From contig CM120643.1 of assembly GCA_051362555.1 (NCBI GenBank), forward strand, positions 28,648,848 to 28,712,847: a stretch of DNA of 64,000 nt. The letters run 5' to 3'. Each line of letters opens with the position of its first letter. Positions within the stretch are counted from its first letter, which is position 1. The DNA is from Lingula anatina (Eukaryota > Animalia > Brachiopoda). The position numbers and the translations under genes are program-made. Shown here piece by piece: positions 61,555-64,000 of this stretch. The notes under the pieces are model-generated. The model was not told the origin of the DNA, did no database searches, and was given only the letters and a program-made list of their open reading frames with translations.

Positions 61555-64000
61555 AACTGAAACCTGAAGCCAGACCAGTAAATGTTTGTCAGTTTTCTAA
61601 GCTACTATCCTCTTTTACTGTTAATAGTTGCTTAGAGTCTCAGAGGGTTAGTACTCAGTAGGCTAAAACACTGCACAACCTGATCAAATGGATGTCAGCT
61701 GTTGGACCTGTAAACGTCTTTTTGGCCTTCTTTGTCTACGCAACTGACAAAAGTTTCCAATACAATTATTGTAAGAAGTACAGGGTGAGAGGCAGGATGT
61801 TTCCTGTAAAGTGAGATATTTCACTTATATTACATGTATTTTTACTTGTATTTATAAGGATAAATATTCCCGTAATACCGTATGAATACACAAAAGGTGA
61901 GGGAATTTTAATTATTGAGGGGCAGAAATGAAGGCAACTCTGTACAATGTACAGAAATGTTTGTCTACAAAGTGCAAATTGTATTTGATATGATATTAGT
62001 TTCATAGTCACATTTCTTCAGGGAGTATCACAAAAAGCAGCTAACTTGAACCAAAACTTACATCTGTTTATCACGTATTCTATATCACAAGCTATTGGTA
62101 GCAAAATGTTTTGCTTTCCTGGGAGTGAATGTTCTAAATCATCCAGTAGTAGTGTGTTATCACATTAGAGGAAAAAATCGAACCTAATACTGAACTTGTG
62201 AAGTAATAAAGAATGGTTCAATATTGTTATAGGTGCCTTCATTGAAAAAAAGGCAGGCTAGGGGCCGAAAGCTTGGGTAAGCAAGTACTAGTACATCTTA
62301 ATAGTAGTCTAGGATCTTCATAGATGCATCAGTATAATAACTTATTTACTTTTCCGTGAAAATGATGCTAAATTTGCATGTGTCTGACAAATTAAAACTT
62401 ACTTGCAATTTTTCTCTGTGTATACCAGAGGTCCCAGAGGTGCATGAGTGTCCGTGTTTTGTATTTCATTATAGATCAGAATTAATGTAGTCTGATGTGT
62501 AGTTAATCCACTGTTATAACATTAGTGAGTGATTTTTGTATTCACCTGCTGAATTCTATCACAATAAGACAATTTAGCAGTATGGCTGTTAACATAGTAC
62601 TTCAAGTTTTGCATTTTTATTGTTGATATTTTAAGCATGTTATGGATAGAGTTTGTGTAAATAGAATTTGAAAATGTTTGCTACAGAGACTCCTTTACAA
62701 TGAGGGTTTTGCTCAATGTTGCACAACAAAATGGAAGAATCTCCGCAGCTAATTACCAGACAGTTGTTATCGTTGTTGCTGTAAAGTGGTTCTGATGTTG
62801 TTCCCTATCTCTGTATATTGTTATTGATTACTGTACTGTACAAATGTGGTGCTACTATAATACTGTAATATTAATATGCCAAGGTTACAACTAGAATCCA
62901 GTAGAAAACCCAAGATCAATTTTCTCAAGCAGTAGAAAGGCCATAATTTGATTGATTTTTAATGTCACTGAATTACCTGGATGATCATGATGATATTCCA
63001 GTGTATGTCTCTAGTCTGCAGTTCTGTGGGAAGTTCCATTGTAATCATTTCTGTTCTGTGGGAACATTTCACAATGAAATCTGACAACCAGCCAACAAAC
63101 TCCATGGAGAGTCACTGAATACAAATTAGATTACCATGCGCCCTGGTGTTGAGTAGAACACAGAGAAATGTGATTACACCACTATGTTGGAAACGAGAAG
63201 ACTTGTTAACCTGTTAATCTGACTGCATTCAGCGAAAGTCCCCGAGAAGTTATGGTGCATTAGCAAGATCAACAGGTGTTATTGTGAATGGACCCTTTGT
63301 TAGTCCTGAAGTTAGTGATCCCTTACACACTAGTTTGGTCATGTTGCTCACTGTTAGAGAGCATTCACAACAATGATGATCTGCGGACTAACTAACAAAT
63401 ATGGCGCACACTTGACAATGGATTCCCGCCTCCAACACACATCGTCCCAGCAGGGGCAGAGCAATTAAATCTCGGTACTACGGTTTCAAGTGGGTGGCAC
63501 CATATTTGATCTGTAGACAAGTTAGTCCATGGATCAACTGGTTCTGAATGCTCCCTTAAACACCCTGAGTGTGAGAGTGTACTGGACACCTCTTCCAGAA
63601 ACCGGAAACAACAAAAACATGCTGATGACAGACATTAGTTTCCAGTAACCTCTGAAACTCAGGGCGCCTTTTGACCCTCACTTACATAGGAGTTATGTAG
63701 AGTCAGTGTATGTAATGGCAATTTTTAAAAAGTTGGTCATTTTAAAAAAGAAAAAAAGTTATCAATTCATTATAGACAGTTGGGTTTTTTATATGCCATA
63801 TTTACACAAGCTGTTGAAAAAAAAAAACTATCGCCATAATGTCAGTTGTAAATAACTTCCGATATTGTTTTTAATAAACAAATGTCAACAAAAATTAAAA
63901 TGTCTGATTAATTATGAAGGTTTTTTTTTTTTTTAATCTTGGAATAACATTTATCAATTCTGCATAATACAGTATGCGATTGTGGAGATGAAAGAGAAGG

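Overview
AT-rich, intron- and transposon-rich genomic DNA from an invertebrate animal (the repeat types suggest a mollusc or other lophotrochozoan; this is inference). Three protein-coding genes can be reconstructed by hand with consistent splice phases. (1) On +, 1352-6106 is the 3' part of a large lipid-transfer/vitellogenin-like protein with a furin-type site and a basic C-terminal domain. (2) On -, 59254-16533 is a complete 18-exon sosondowah (SOWAH) ankyrin-repeat gene of about 759 aa. (3) On +, 59618-61117 is a pyruvate dehydrogenase phosphatase with an intronless CDS, head-to-head with SOWAH. The most striking signal is in SOWAH: the loops of its ankyrin repeats appear to be built from one 12-nt and four single-codon (3-nt) microexons that are invisible in the ORF track. 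The same gene has a 35-bp minisatellite that multiplies a splice donor about 25 times, a 79-bp array that multiplies its stop codon and PDZ-type tail, several possible read-through C-termini, and an intronic cluster of TGACA motifs. Introns and intergenic DNA carry nested non-autonomous DNA transposons, a decayed Tc1 transposase and Helentron-like elements. All gene models are unverified by expression data.
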